Shown in pieces: positions 24,880-32,545 of a stretch of DNA of 38,502 nt; position 1 is the first letter of the stretch; each line of letters begins with the position of its first letter. The position numbers and the translations under genes are program-made. Below the pieces are notes generated by a model, which saw nothing but the letters and a program-made list of their open reading frames with translations, had not been told where the DNA came from and made no database searches. Origin of the DNA: a virus. The stretch is taken from IMG/VR virus record IMGVR_UViG_3300045988_053169, positions 1 through 38,502 of that record. One strand, 5' to 3'.

Positions 24880-25098
24880 ATGAACCGGCTGCGGGAACTG
24901 CGGGAAAACGCGGGGTACAGCCAGTGCAGCCTTGCGGCCCGGCTGGGGCTTACCCCGCCCACCATCAACCGCTGGGAGCGCGGCAGAGCTTGCCCCCGAC
25001 TGCAAAACCTTAAAAAGCTGGCCGACCTGTACGGGGTCAGCGTCCGCGACCTGAAGGAGGCGGTGCATTATGGCGAGGGAGCGGGAAGGTTACCGTGA
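24880..25098 (+). CDS. XRE-family HTH protein
   Basis: YSQCSLAARLGLTPPTINRWERG is an HTH motif. Confidence 0.7.
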   Translation: MNRLRELRENAGYSQCSLAARLGLTPPTINRWERGRACPRLQNLKKLADLYGVSVRDLKEAVHYGEGAGRLP

Positions 25099-25279
25099 TG
25101 CTCTGGAGCGTGTACGGCGCGAAGCGTCAGGCGAGCTTGTAAGCGTCGAGGAGGCCGCCCGGATTGTATACGGCGCTGACCCGCACGGCCCCCGGAAGGT
25201 CACAAAGCTGGCCGGATGGATAGGCTCTGGCCGGGGGAAAAGGATACCGGCGACGGCGCTTGCGCGACAGATTTGCTGA
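25070..25279 (+). CDS. Hypothetical protein, possibly a DNA-binding (Xis/MerR-like) protein
   Basis: 69 aa. VSVEEAARIVYG...RIPATALARQI is weakly HTH-like. Confidence 0.45.
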   Translation: MAREREGYRDALERVRREASGELVSVEEAARIVYGADPHGPRKVTKLAGWIGSGRGKRIPATALARQIC

Positions 25280-25727
25280 GCGACGGAGAGGCGAAGCTTT
25301 GAGAGGCGCAGCCAAGCATGGGATCTGATTAGCGAAGCAGGGGATATGCAATTTACCGCGAAGCTATGGCAATGCAATGAGTAGCAAAGGAATGGCAGTG
25401 CCGCGAGCTGCAACGGATACGCGAGGCGATGATACGCGGTGGAGTAGCTGGGCCTTGCACTGCAATGATACGCCAAGGAAACGCATTGAGAAGCAACGCG
25501 GCGGCAAGGAATAGCTTTGCTCGGCAAAGGCGAGGCATGGAGCCGAAGGGCCAGGCAACGCAAAGGCTGGGACAGGCTTCGCTTCGCACCGCAGCGGATA
25601 TGCAAAGCAAGGACTTGATTGGCAAAGGCGATGAGTGGCCGGGAAAAGCAGCGGATAGGCAATGAGAGGAAATGCCACGGCGCCGAGAGGCTTTGCAATG
25701 TGTTGGAAAAGCTATGATTTGCTGAGC
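25270..25727 (+). repeat. Purine-skewed degenerate-repeat non-coding block bounded by the 12-bp direct repeat GATTTGCTGAGC (25270..25281 and 25716..25727)
   Basis: Hand count for 25281..25740 gives about 64% purine and about 15% T. All three minus-strand frames are open over about 25367..25678. The plus strand has stops in every frame. Recurrent GGCAAAGGCGA, GCAGCGGATA and GATAYGC words. Confidence 0.7.
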
Positions 25728-25780
25728 AGTGGAGCCGCAAAGAAAACGAAACAAACACAATAAAAACGGAGGATTTAACG

Positions 25781-26437
25781 ATGGGGAAAATTTTGAAAAT
25801 CAGGCTTACTCTGCTGAACGAGGCACTGGGGAGCCAGCCGAGCAGCCCCGACATCCATGAGGACTACATCGCCAGTAAGGCCCCGACGGCCGACCTGACC
25901 GCCGAGGAGGTGGCCAACATCAAGGCACAAAACGCCGAGGATAAAATCACGGTGTTTTACAAGCAGGCCGACGGTACCCCCATGCTGCTTGACTATCAGG
26001 TTAAAGGGATGTTTAAGGACAGCTGCAAAATGCTGGCGAAAGCCGGTAAGGCCGGGTACCCCGGCGGCAAGGCTTGCGCGGCTATCAAGGCGTACAAGCA
26101 GGCTATCGACGGGTTGCTCTTTGTGGAGCCGTGCGAACTGCCGTTTGAGCTGCACGGCCTCAAGATGGATTACTGCGTCAGACCGCTGCGAGCGTCTACC
26201 CCGATGGGCGAGCGCGTCAGTATCGCAAAAAGCGAGACCGTCCCGGCGGGCAGCACACTGGAATTTGAGCTTCGGCTACTTGATCCGGCGCTGGAAAAGA
26301 TGGTGAAAGAGTGCCTTGATTACGGTATGATGCGCGGCCTTGGCCAGTGGCGCAACAGCGGCAAGGGCCGCTTTGTGTGGGACTTGCTGGACGCAAGCGG
26401 GGCCGTGATCGGCGGGAATAACGAATTTGAAGAGTAA
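25781..26437 (+). CDS. Conserved-looking hypothetical early protein with a C-terminal glycine-rich loop (GLGQWRNSGKGRF)
   Basis: GGAGGA RBS. 218 aa. N-terminus KILKIRLTLLNEALGSQPSSPDIHEDYIASKAP. Confidence 0.7.
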   Translation: MGKILKIRLTLLNEALGSQPSSPDIHEDYIASKAPTADLTAEEVANIKAQNAEDKITVFYKQADGTPMLLDYQVKGMFKDSCKMLAKAGKAGYPGGKACAAIKAYKQAIDGLLFVEPCELPFELHGLKMDYCVRPLRASTPMGERVSIAKSETVPAGSTLEFELRLLDPALEKMVKECLDYGMMRGLGQWRNSGKGRFVWDLLDASGAVIGGNNEFEE

Positions 26438-26448
26438 GGAGGCAACCC

Positions 26449-26724
26449 ATGCTGTATGAATTGAACCATTACGAGGCGATGACCTTGCAGGACGCCTGTG
26501 TGGCGGCCCAGTGCCGGGCGGAGGAAAACGCCGAATCTGCCGAGCGCTGCGCGAACGACCCGCACTTGCCGGAGGCCGAGCGCGCCAGCGCGGCCCGGGT
26601 GGCCAAGTGGTACCAGGAGCGGGCGGCCGCCTTTGAGGCCGTCAGCAAGGCACTCGACGAGGGCCGGGAGATCACCACCCTGGCGCAGGCCAAGGAGGCG
26701 CTGGCACGATGGTTTTTTGGCTGA
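26449..26724 (+). CDS. Hypothetical protein
   Basis: 91 aa, helical and acidic. Confidence 0.55.
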   Translation: MLYELNHYEAMTLQDACVAAQCRAEENAESAERCANDPHLPEAERASAARVAKWYQERAAAFEAVSKALDEGREITTLAQAKEALARWFFG

Positions 26725-26864
26725 GCCTGCTGCCCTGGCTGTGTCTGGCAGCGCTGATCTGGTACACCGTGCGGTGCGTGGCAGCCGACCGCAAGCCGCG
26801 CATGGAGATCGTGGTGCCCCTGATGCTGCTGCCGTGGGTGCTGGCAACGTGGGGGGAAGTGTAA
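26709..26864 (+). CDS. Small membrane protein, 51 aa, two TM segments (not in the ORF track)
   Basis: AAGGAGG lies 10 nt upstream. The product is MVFWLSLLPWLCLAALIWYTV...VVPLMLLPWVLATWGEV. Confidence 0.5.
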   Translation: MVFWLSLLPWLCLAALIWYTVRCVAADRKPRMEIVVPLMLLPWVLATWGEV

Positions 26865-26866
26865 CC

Positions 26867-27040
26867 ATGCAGAGATACGCAATTGTAGTTTACGACAAGC
26901 GCAATGGCGATGTTTTCACCACGGTATTCCAGGCGGAGGACGGCACTGCCGCTGTGGCCGCCATGAACCGCAAAGACTGGGGCACCAGTTTAAGGCCGCT
27001 GAGCCTGATCCTGCTGCCGAAACCCGGCAGTGAGAAATAA
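26867..27040 (+). CDS. Hypothetical protein, 57 aa
   Basis: ATG behind GGGGGGAAG. It forms the tail of the longer R/P-rich track ORF 26498..27040, whose upstream part I reject. Confidence 0.45.
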   Translation: MQRYAIVVYDKRNGDVFTTVFQAEDGTAAVAAMNRKDWGTSLRPLSLILLPKPGSEK

Positions 27041-27055
27041 CAGGAGGAAAACACC

Positions 27056-27358
27056 ATGATGGAAACTTACATCTTTGTACAGAAAAAGGCCGCCCCGGCT
27101 GGAACCCAGAGCGACCTGCAAAGTGCCAAAGCTGACGGCCATGGCACTGCCACTATCTTACCCCACCGCCTGCCCCGCGTCAACTGGGGCGGTATCTTCG
27201 GCGGCCTGCTTGGCACCCTGGCCGCTGCGGCCGTGTGGGTGCCGGTGGCCTACGCCCAGCGTGGCTACTGGGCCGTTGGCGGCGAAATCTTTTTGATCGG
27301 CCTTGCGGCTGGTTTGGGCGCATGGATGGGAGGCGGTGGCGATGAAAACGGTGTTTGA
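27056..27358 (+). CDS. Membrane protein (two TM segments, Gly-rich)
   Basis: AGGAGG RBS. The product contains GGIFGGLLGTLAAAAVWVPVAY and IFLIGLAAGLGAWMGGGG. Confidence 0.55.
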   Translation: MMETYIFVQKKAAPAGTQSDLQSAKADGHGTATILPHRLPRVNWGGIFGGLLGTLAAAAVWVPVAYAQRGYWAVGGEIFLIGLAAGLGAWMGGGGDENGV

Positions 27359-28592
27359 GCAAATGGAGGAGCAAAATGCGCACGCAAATATCGAGTGGTT
27401 TCGTACTATGCAGCAAATGCCGCACGACTGGAAAATCCGCCACGCGGAGGAAGTGGCGCGCTCTTACTATGCCGCTGCGAGAGAGCAAGGCCTCAACTGC
27501 CATGTGTGCGTCGGCGGTCTTGACAGCATCACGCTGCACTACTTTTTGGAGGAGATCGGCGTGAGCGTACCGTGCATAAGCTGCTCTACGTTGGAGCAAA
27601 GGGGTGTACAAGCGGTGCATAAGCGCATATCTGCCGAGATGGAGGCAAGCTATGCTGATTGGGAGCACCGAAACGGGGCGCTCACGCCCGCTGAGATTGA
27701 CGCCTTACCAGAGGACGAGCAACCGGCGGAACGGGAGTTGCTGGCACGCATCCCAAGCAAGCCGGAGTTTGTGTTTTTACGCCCACTCAAGAGCAAAGTG
27801 GACGTGATAAAGGAGTTCGGGTGGCCGTTGCTGAGCAAGGAGATTGCTTATAAAATCTCGCTGCTGCAAAATCCAACGGATAAAAATGTAACCGTGCGTC
27901 ACTCAGTCATCACCGGCGAAACCGGCCCATATGGCGGGAATCGCTCCGGCAGCCGCGTGAAACTAAGCCAAAAGTGGCTCTTAAAATTCGGCGGTGCAGA
28001 CTCTGAAGGTGCTGCTCTTGGCTATCAAGCGGCCCCCTTTAAGGTGAGCGACCGATGCTGCTACTACCTCAAAGAGCGCCCTGCCGAGATTTGGGCTAAA
28101 GAGCACAAAAGCGTACCGTATGTCGGGCTGATGGCATCCGAGGGCGGGCGCAGGAAAAAGTCCCTGATGATGCACCTTTGCAATTATTGGGGCAAAAGCA
28201 CAACGCGCAGTGCGCCATTTGCGATATTCTCGCGGCAGGATCTCTTACAGCTTGCGCTTGACCTTAACGTTCCGGTCCCCGCCGAGTACGGAGAGATTGT
28301 GCGCGACCCGGACGGAACGCTCCGCACGACTTTGGCACAGCGCACCGGCTGCGAGATGTGCGGATTTGGAATCCAACTCGAACGCCGCCCACACCGATTT
28401 GACCGACTGCGTGACGAGAACCTGAAAGCATGGGACTTTTGGATGCATCACGTGATGCAGGACGAGACCGGCCAATGGTACGGATGGGGCCGCGTTTTGG
28501 ATTACATCGGCGTAAGCTGGGACAGCGCACCGGGTGAAATCCCCGGTCAGTTGAGCCTCTTTGACAAGGAGGCGGCGAACCATGAAGTGTGA
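27342..28592 (+). CDS. PAPS-reductase-family (PP-loop ATPase-like) protein
   Basis: 416 aa. VCVGGLDSITL is PP-loop-like and KVSDRCCYYLKERP matches the CC..LK motif of phage PAPS-reductase-like proteins. Confidence 0.75.
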   Translation: MKTVFEQMEEQNAHANIEWFRTMQQMPHDWKIRHAEEVARSYYAAAREQGLNCHVCVGGLDSITLHYFLEEIGVSVPCISCSTLEQRGVQAVHKRISAEMEASYADWEHRNGALTPAEIDALPEDEQPAERELLARIPSKPEFVFLRPLKSKVDVIKEFGWPLLSKEIAYKISLLQNPTDKNVTVRHSVITGETGPYGGNRSGSRVKLSQKWLLKFGGADSEGAALGYQAAPFKVSDRCCYYLKERPAEIWAKEHKSVPYVGLMASEGGRRKKSLMMHLCNYWGKSTTRSAPFAIFSRQDLLQLALDLNVPVPAEYGEIVRDPDGTLRTTLAQRTGCEMCGFGIQLERRPHRFDRLRDENLKAWDFWMHHVMQDETGQWYGWGRVLDYIGVSWDSAPGEIPGQLSLFDKEAANHEV

Positions 28593-28755
28593 TATGGATT
28601 GCGCGCACTGCAAGCGGCCCGCAAAGAAGTGCCATGGTGGTAACTTCCACACGCCGTATACCGACCGCGAATGTTTACCGGCTCGAAAACCCCACGAGGG
28701 GCCAACACCCGAATTTCTTCCCGCGATGAATCGGTGCGGGAAAAGAGTCAAATAA
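28582..28755 (+). CDS. Small Cys/His-rich protein, 57 aa
   Basis: AAGGAGG RBS. MKCDMDCAHCKRPAKKCHGG... Confidence 0.45.
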   Translation: MKCDMDCAHCKRPAKKCHGGNFHTPYTDRECLPARKPHEGPTPEFLPAMNRCGKRVK

Positions 28756-28765
28756 AGGAGAAAGA

Positions 28766-29698
28766 ATGAGCATTACTAAAGTAAAAACGGCGAACCATGA
28801 AGAGTGGAAGGAGCTACGAAGCCACTACATCGGCGGCAGTGATGCGGCTGCCGTTGTTGGGTTAAATGCCTTCTCGTCCCCCTATGCGCTGTGGGCCGAG
28901 AAAACCGGCAGGGCGCCCGGATTTGCGGGCAATCTTGCAACGGAAGTCGGCACATATCTGGAAGATTTTGTGGCCCGCAAATTTGCTGCCGTGACGGGAA
29001 AGAAAGTGCGCAACTGCAACATGAGCTTTTTCAACAGCGCCTATCCGTGGGCAATTGCAAACATTGATCGCGAAATCGTGGGCGAGGACGCAGGGCTTGA
29101 AATCAAGACCACGTCCGAGATGAACCTGAAGAAGTTCAAAAGCGGCGAATACCCAGCGAATTACTATTGCCAGTGTGTCCACTACATGGCCATGACCGGC
29201 AAGAAGCGCTGGTATTTGGCGGTACTGATCGGCAACCGGGAATTCAAGTGGTTCACCATTGACCGTGACGAAGCCGAGATTGCCGCCTTGATGGGCGCAG
29301 AATCGGACTTTTGGGAGCATGTGAAAAACGACACGCCGCCCGCTGTTGACGGCACACAGGCCACCACAGCCGCCCTGGCGACCATCTACGCAGAGAGCAA
29401 CGACAGCACGGTTGACTTGTGCGCCTATGCCGCCGCGCTAAACCGTTATCAAGAAATCGGGGACAGTATCAAGGCGCTGAAGGCGGAGCAGGACGAATGC
29501 GCCAACCTGGTGAAAGAATTCATGGGCGCAGCTTGCGGCGGTGAGTGTGACGGCTTCCGCGTGTCGTGGAAATCCAGCACACGGCGCACGTTTGACAGCA
29601 AGCGCTTTGCGAAAGAAAACCCGGACATTGACTTGTCTGACTACTACAAAGAAACGTCCGTTCGTACATTCAGAGTAACAGAAAGCAAAGGAGAATAA
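28766..29698 (+). CDS. YqaJ-like recombination exonuclease (PD-(D/E)XK)
   Basis: HYIGGSDAAAVVGLNAFSSPYALWAEKTG is a YqaJ signature. Paired with RecT. Confidence 0.85.
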   Translation: MSITKVKTANHEEWKELRSHYIGGSDAAAVVGLNAFSSPYALWAEKTGRAPGFAGNLATEVGTYLEDFVARKFAAVTGKKVRNCNMSFFNSAYPWAIANIDREIVGEDAGLEIKTTSEMNLKKFKSGEYPANYYCQCVHYMAMTGKKRWYLAVLIGNREFKWFTIDRDEAEIAALMGAESDFWEHVKNDTPPAVDGTQATTAALATIYAESNDSTVDLCAYAAALNRYQEIGDSIKALKAEQDECANLVKEFMGAACGGECDGFRVSWKSSTRRTFDSKRFAKENPDIDLSDYYKETSVRTFRVTESKGE

Positions 29699-29702
29699 CA
29701 TC

Positions 29703-30509
29703 ATGGCAAACATCATCCAGAAGCAGCAGTCCGAAATGAAGCAGCCCGAGAAGAAGACCATGCAGCAGTACATCAAGAGCATGGAAGGCGAGATTGCAAA
29801 GGCGCTGCCGTCCGTCATCACGCCGGAGCGCTTCACGCGCATTGTTCTTTCGGCGATCTCCGTCAATCCGAAGCTTGGGAGCTGCACACCGGCAAGCTTT
29901 TTGGGCGCGATGATGACCAGCGCCCAGCTGGGACTTGAGGTCAACACCCCGTTGGGGCAGGCATATGTCTTGCCTTACAGCAACAAAGGCGTTCTCGAGG
30001 CGCAGTTCCAGCTTGGGTACAAGGGCCTGATTGATCTCGCATATCGCTCCGGAGAGGTTGAGGTCATTCAGGCGCATGTTGTCCATGCAAATGACAAATT
30101 CGAGTTTGAGTATGGCCTTAATCCCAAGCTTGTGCACAAACCTGCGAGCGCTGACAGGGGCGATCCGGTAAGCGTATATGCAATGTTTAAGACCAAAAGC
30201 GGCGGCTTTGGCTTTGAGGTCATGAGCATGGACGATATCCGCAAACACGCTGCAAAGTACAGCAAGGCGTATGGCAGCAGTTTCAGCCCCTGGAAAACCA
30301 ATTTCGACGAAATGGCGAAAAAAACCGTGCTGAAGCGTGTGCTGAAGTATGCGCCGTTGAAGTCCGATTTTGTTCGGGCCGTTGCGCAGGATGATGTCAT
30401 TAAGAAGGCCGTTTCGGACGACATGTATTCCGTGCCGAGTGAAACCATCATCGAAGCAGAAGCTGAAGAAATCAAGGTTGACCCCGAAACCGGCGAAATC
30501 GTGGACTGA
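29703..30509 (+). CDS. recT: RecT single-strand annealing protein
   Basis: TPERFTRIVLSAISVNPKL...SFLGAMMTSAQLGLEVNTPLGQAYVLPY is a RecT signature. Confidence 0.9.
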   Translation: MANIIQKQQSEMKQPEKKTMQQYIKSMEGEIAKALPSVITPERFTRIVLSAISVNPKLGSCTPASFLGAMMTSAQLGLEVNTPLGQAYVLPYSNKGVLEAQFQLGYKGLIDLAYRSGEVEVIQAHVVHANDKFEFEYGLNPKLVHKPASADRGDPVSVYAMFKTKSGGFGFEVMSMDDIRKHAAKYSKAYGSSFSPWKTNFDEMAKKTVLKRVLKYAPLKSDFVRAVAQDDVIKKAVSDDMYSVPSETIIEAEAEEIKVDPETGEIVD

Positions 30510-30525
30510 AAGGAAGGTTTGAAGG

Positions 30526-30957
30526 ATGAACAAAGTCATTTTGATGGGCCGACTGGTGGCAGACCCTGATACCCGGCAGACGCAGGCAGGAGGGCTTGTG
30601 TCCCGGTATCGTCTGGCGGTTGACCGGCAGCGCGGCAAAGACGGCCAGCGCGAGGCCGATTTTATCAGCTGTGTGGCGTTCGGCAAGAGCGCAGAGTTCG
30701 CAGGCAAGTTTCTGCACAAGGGGATTAAAATAGCGGTGGAAGGCCATATTTTGACCGGCAGTTATGAAAAGGACGGGGTGAAGCACTACACCTTTGACAT
30801 CATCGTGGAGCGGCAGGAATTTTGCGAAAGCAAAGGCGCTGCGGCACCTGCTCCGGACGCACAGCGGCCTGCATATGCTGCACCAGCTGCACCGGTCGCA
30901 CCCGCTGGAAATGATGATTACACGGTGATTGACGACAACGAGGACCTGCCTTTTTGA
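30526..30957 (+). CDS. ssb: Single-stranded DNA-binding protein
   Basis: MNKVILMGRLVADPD is an OB-fold start. P/A-rich tail with a DDNEDLPF tip. Confidence 0.9.
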   Translation: MNKVILMGRLVADPDTRQTQAGGLVSRYRLAVDRQRGKDGQREADFISCVAFGKSAEFAGKFLHKGIKIAVEGHILTGSYEKDGVKHYTFDIIVERQEFCESKGAAAPAPDAQRPAYAAPAAPVAPAGNDDYTVIDDNEDLPF

Positions 30958-31316
30958 TGGGCGTGTTGATCACAATCCCATTCCGGCTGCCCGGCGCAAA
31001 TGAGTACATCGCCGCTTGCCGCCGGAACCGGTACGCGGGAGGCAAGTTAAAAGCCGACTACACGCAGGCGGTGGCCCTCTACTTTCGGGGGCTGCCACCC
31101 GTGCAGGGGCCGGTAAAAGTCCGCTTTACGTGGCACGAGAGGACACGGAGGCGGGACAAGGACAACGTGGCCTTCGGCAAAAAATTTGTGCTTGATGGGA
31201 TGCAAGCGGCGGGATTCTTGCCGAATGATAATAACCGCTGGGTCGTAGGTTTTGAGGATTGTTTCGTCTACGACGGGCGGGACGGAGTGACAGTGGAGGT
31301 GATTGAAAATGAATGA
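30954..31316 (+). CDS. rusA: RusA-like Holliday junction resolvase
   Basis: 120 aa with RRDKDNV...KFVLDGM...LPNDNN acidic catalytic motifs. Confidence 0.7.
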   Translation: MMGVLITIPFRLPGANEYIAACRRNRYAGGKLKADYTQAVALYFRGLPPVQGPVKVRFTWHERTRRRDKDNVAFGKKFVLDGMQAAGFLPNDNNRWVVGFEDCFVYDGRDGVTVEVIENE

Positions 31317-31692
31317 TAATATGTGCGAAAAGTGCAAATACAGAGACGAGTCTGCGTTCGGCCCGCCTTGCATTGTTTGCAAGTACTCGTACCCGGCAAA
31401 TTCCGATTCCTACGTTTTTAATGGCAGCCATTTCATCCCGGCGGAAAGTAAATTCACCCCGGAGGACGGCGAAAACGAAGAAGTAGATCACCCCGCCCAC
31501 TATGCGGGCAAGTACGAGTGCATTGACGTGATGGTGGATGTATTCGGCCCGGAATACGTCCAAGCCTTTTGCTTGTGCAACGCATTTAAGTACCTGTGGC
31601 GCTGCAAAAAGAAGCACGAGACACCCGAAGAGGACGTTGAAAAGGCGGTTTGGTACTTGCAAAAGTACCTCGAATTGGGCGGCGACGCATGA
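31303..31692 (+). CDS. DUF3310-family protein with an N-terminal Cys cluster
   Basis: HPAHY...ECIDV...NAFKYLWRCKKK...DVEKAVWYL matches the DUF3310 pattern (from memory). Confidence 0.65.
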   Translation: MKMNDNMCEKCKYRDESAFGPPCIVCKYSYPANSDSYVFNGSHFIPAESKFTPEDGENEEVDHPAHYAGKYECIDVMVDVFGPEYVQAFCLCNAFKYLWRCKKKHETPEEDVEKAVWYLQKYLELGGDA

Positions 31693-31880
31693 AGCCGGGC
31701 TTTTGGGTGAGCTGGCGGCACCTGGGCAGCCTCAAAAAAGCCCGTTTCGACACCGCCGAAGAGAGAGCCGCCTTTGTGCGCACGTGGCTTAGAGACGGCA
31801 AACCGGCCCTGTGGGAGACGAACTCACGCGGGCAAAGGATTATCAGGAGGGACCGCAATGAAAGTACTGATCGCGTGTGA
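31689..31880 (+). CDS. Hypothetical protein, 63 aa
   Basis: ATGA coupling to the upstream gene. Weak RBS. Confidence 0.4.
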   Translation: MKPGFWVSWRHLGSLKKARFDTAEERAAFVRTWLRDGKPALWETNSRGQRIIRRDRNESTDRV

Positions 31881-32544
31881 AGAATCGCAGACGGTGTGCA
31901 TAGCTTTCCGAGAGCGTGGGCATGAGGCTTACAGTTGCGACATCCAAGAGCCGTCCGGCGGGCATCCTGAGTGGCACATCCTAGGCGATGCGCTCAAGGC
32001 TATCGAGGGGGGGCAAGTGACCACCATGGATGGGCAGACGCATGACGTGGGGCGGTGGGATATGATTATTGCTTTCCCGCCCTGCACCAAAACCAGCAAC
32101 GCCGGAGCGCGGCACTTGTATAGGGGCGGCAAGCTCAATATCAAGCGGTATTATGATGGCTTGTGCGGCAAAGCGCTGTTTTTAGCTATTTGGGCAGCGG
32201 ATTGTGAAAGAGTTGTGATTGAGAATCCGACGCCGAGTAAAGTCTTTGAGTATCCAGAGCCAACCCAAGCCATACAGCCCTATCAATACGGGCACCCGTT
32301 TAGCAAAAAAGCCTTGCGGTGGGAGCGTGGCGTCCAGCCGTTGGAGCCGACCAATATTGTTGAGCCAACAGCAACATGGTGTCCTAGCGGAAGTTACAGC
32401 CATAAACACGGAGAACAGCACAAAGGTATGTTTACCACAGATAGAGCGAAAAACCGTGCAAAGACCTTTCCCGGTATCGCCAAAGCTATGGCGGAGCAAT
32501 GGGGAGAATACAAGCCCGGGGCAACCCGGGCGGGAAGGAGATAA
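31858..32544 (+). CDS. C5-cytosine-methyltransferase-like protein lacking a recognisable motif I
   Basis: AGGAGG RBS. AFPPCTKTS is like the motif IV PC and VVIENP is like the motif VI ENV. The N-terminus MKVLIACEESQ replaces FxGxG. Confidence 0.55.
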   Translation: MKVLIACEESQTVCIAFRERGHEAYSCDIQEPSGGHPEWHILGDALKAIEGGQVTTMDGQTHDVGRWDMIIAFPPCTKTSNAGARHLYRGGKLNIKRYYDGLCGKALFLAIWAADCERVVIENPTPSKVFEYPEPTQAIQPYQYGHPFSKKALRWERGVQPLEPTNIVEPTATWCPSGSYSHKHGEQHKGMFTTDRAKNRAKTFPGIAKAMAEQWGEYKPGATRAGRR

Positions 32545-32545
32545 C

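Noticed and set aside
25281-25780. The idea that the block is a CsrA-type sponge RNA, because I counted about 18 GGA motifs.
   Set aside because: With G at about 34% and A at about 28%, roughly 16 GGA are expected by composition alone. The motifs are not presented in hairpin loops, and I cannot tell whether the host has CsrA. I kept this only as one generic protein-binding-RNA possibility.
25280-25780. The possibility that the block is coding under a reassigned stop codon. It is in phase with both flanking ORFs (501 nt).
   Set aside because: The in-phase frame contains both TAG and TGA stops (seven in total). The translation between them is not protein-like. The rest of the genome uses the standard code without difficulty.
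25270-25780. A CRISPR array or solitary CRISPR-repeat mimic.
   Set aside because: The repeats are short (10-12 nt), degenerate and irregularly spaced. There are no 25-40-nt direct repeats with unique spacers.
25090-25854. A 254-aa minus-strand ORF, plus two more in the other minus frames, across the purine-rich block.
   Set aside because: It overlaps both flanking plus-strand genes. It is open only because the plus strand lacks TTA, CTA and TCA. The translation is repetitive low-complexity (LRLH, AYH, HCSA) in all three frames, which indicates DNA-level repeats and not coding sequence.
26498-27040. A 180-aa plus-strand ORF.
   Set aside because: The first 120 or so codons are an R/P/A-rich out-of-frame read of genes 26449..26724 and 26709..26864. 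Only the last 57 codons (26867..27040) have an RBS and a plausible sequence.
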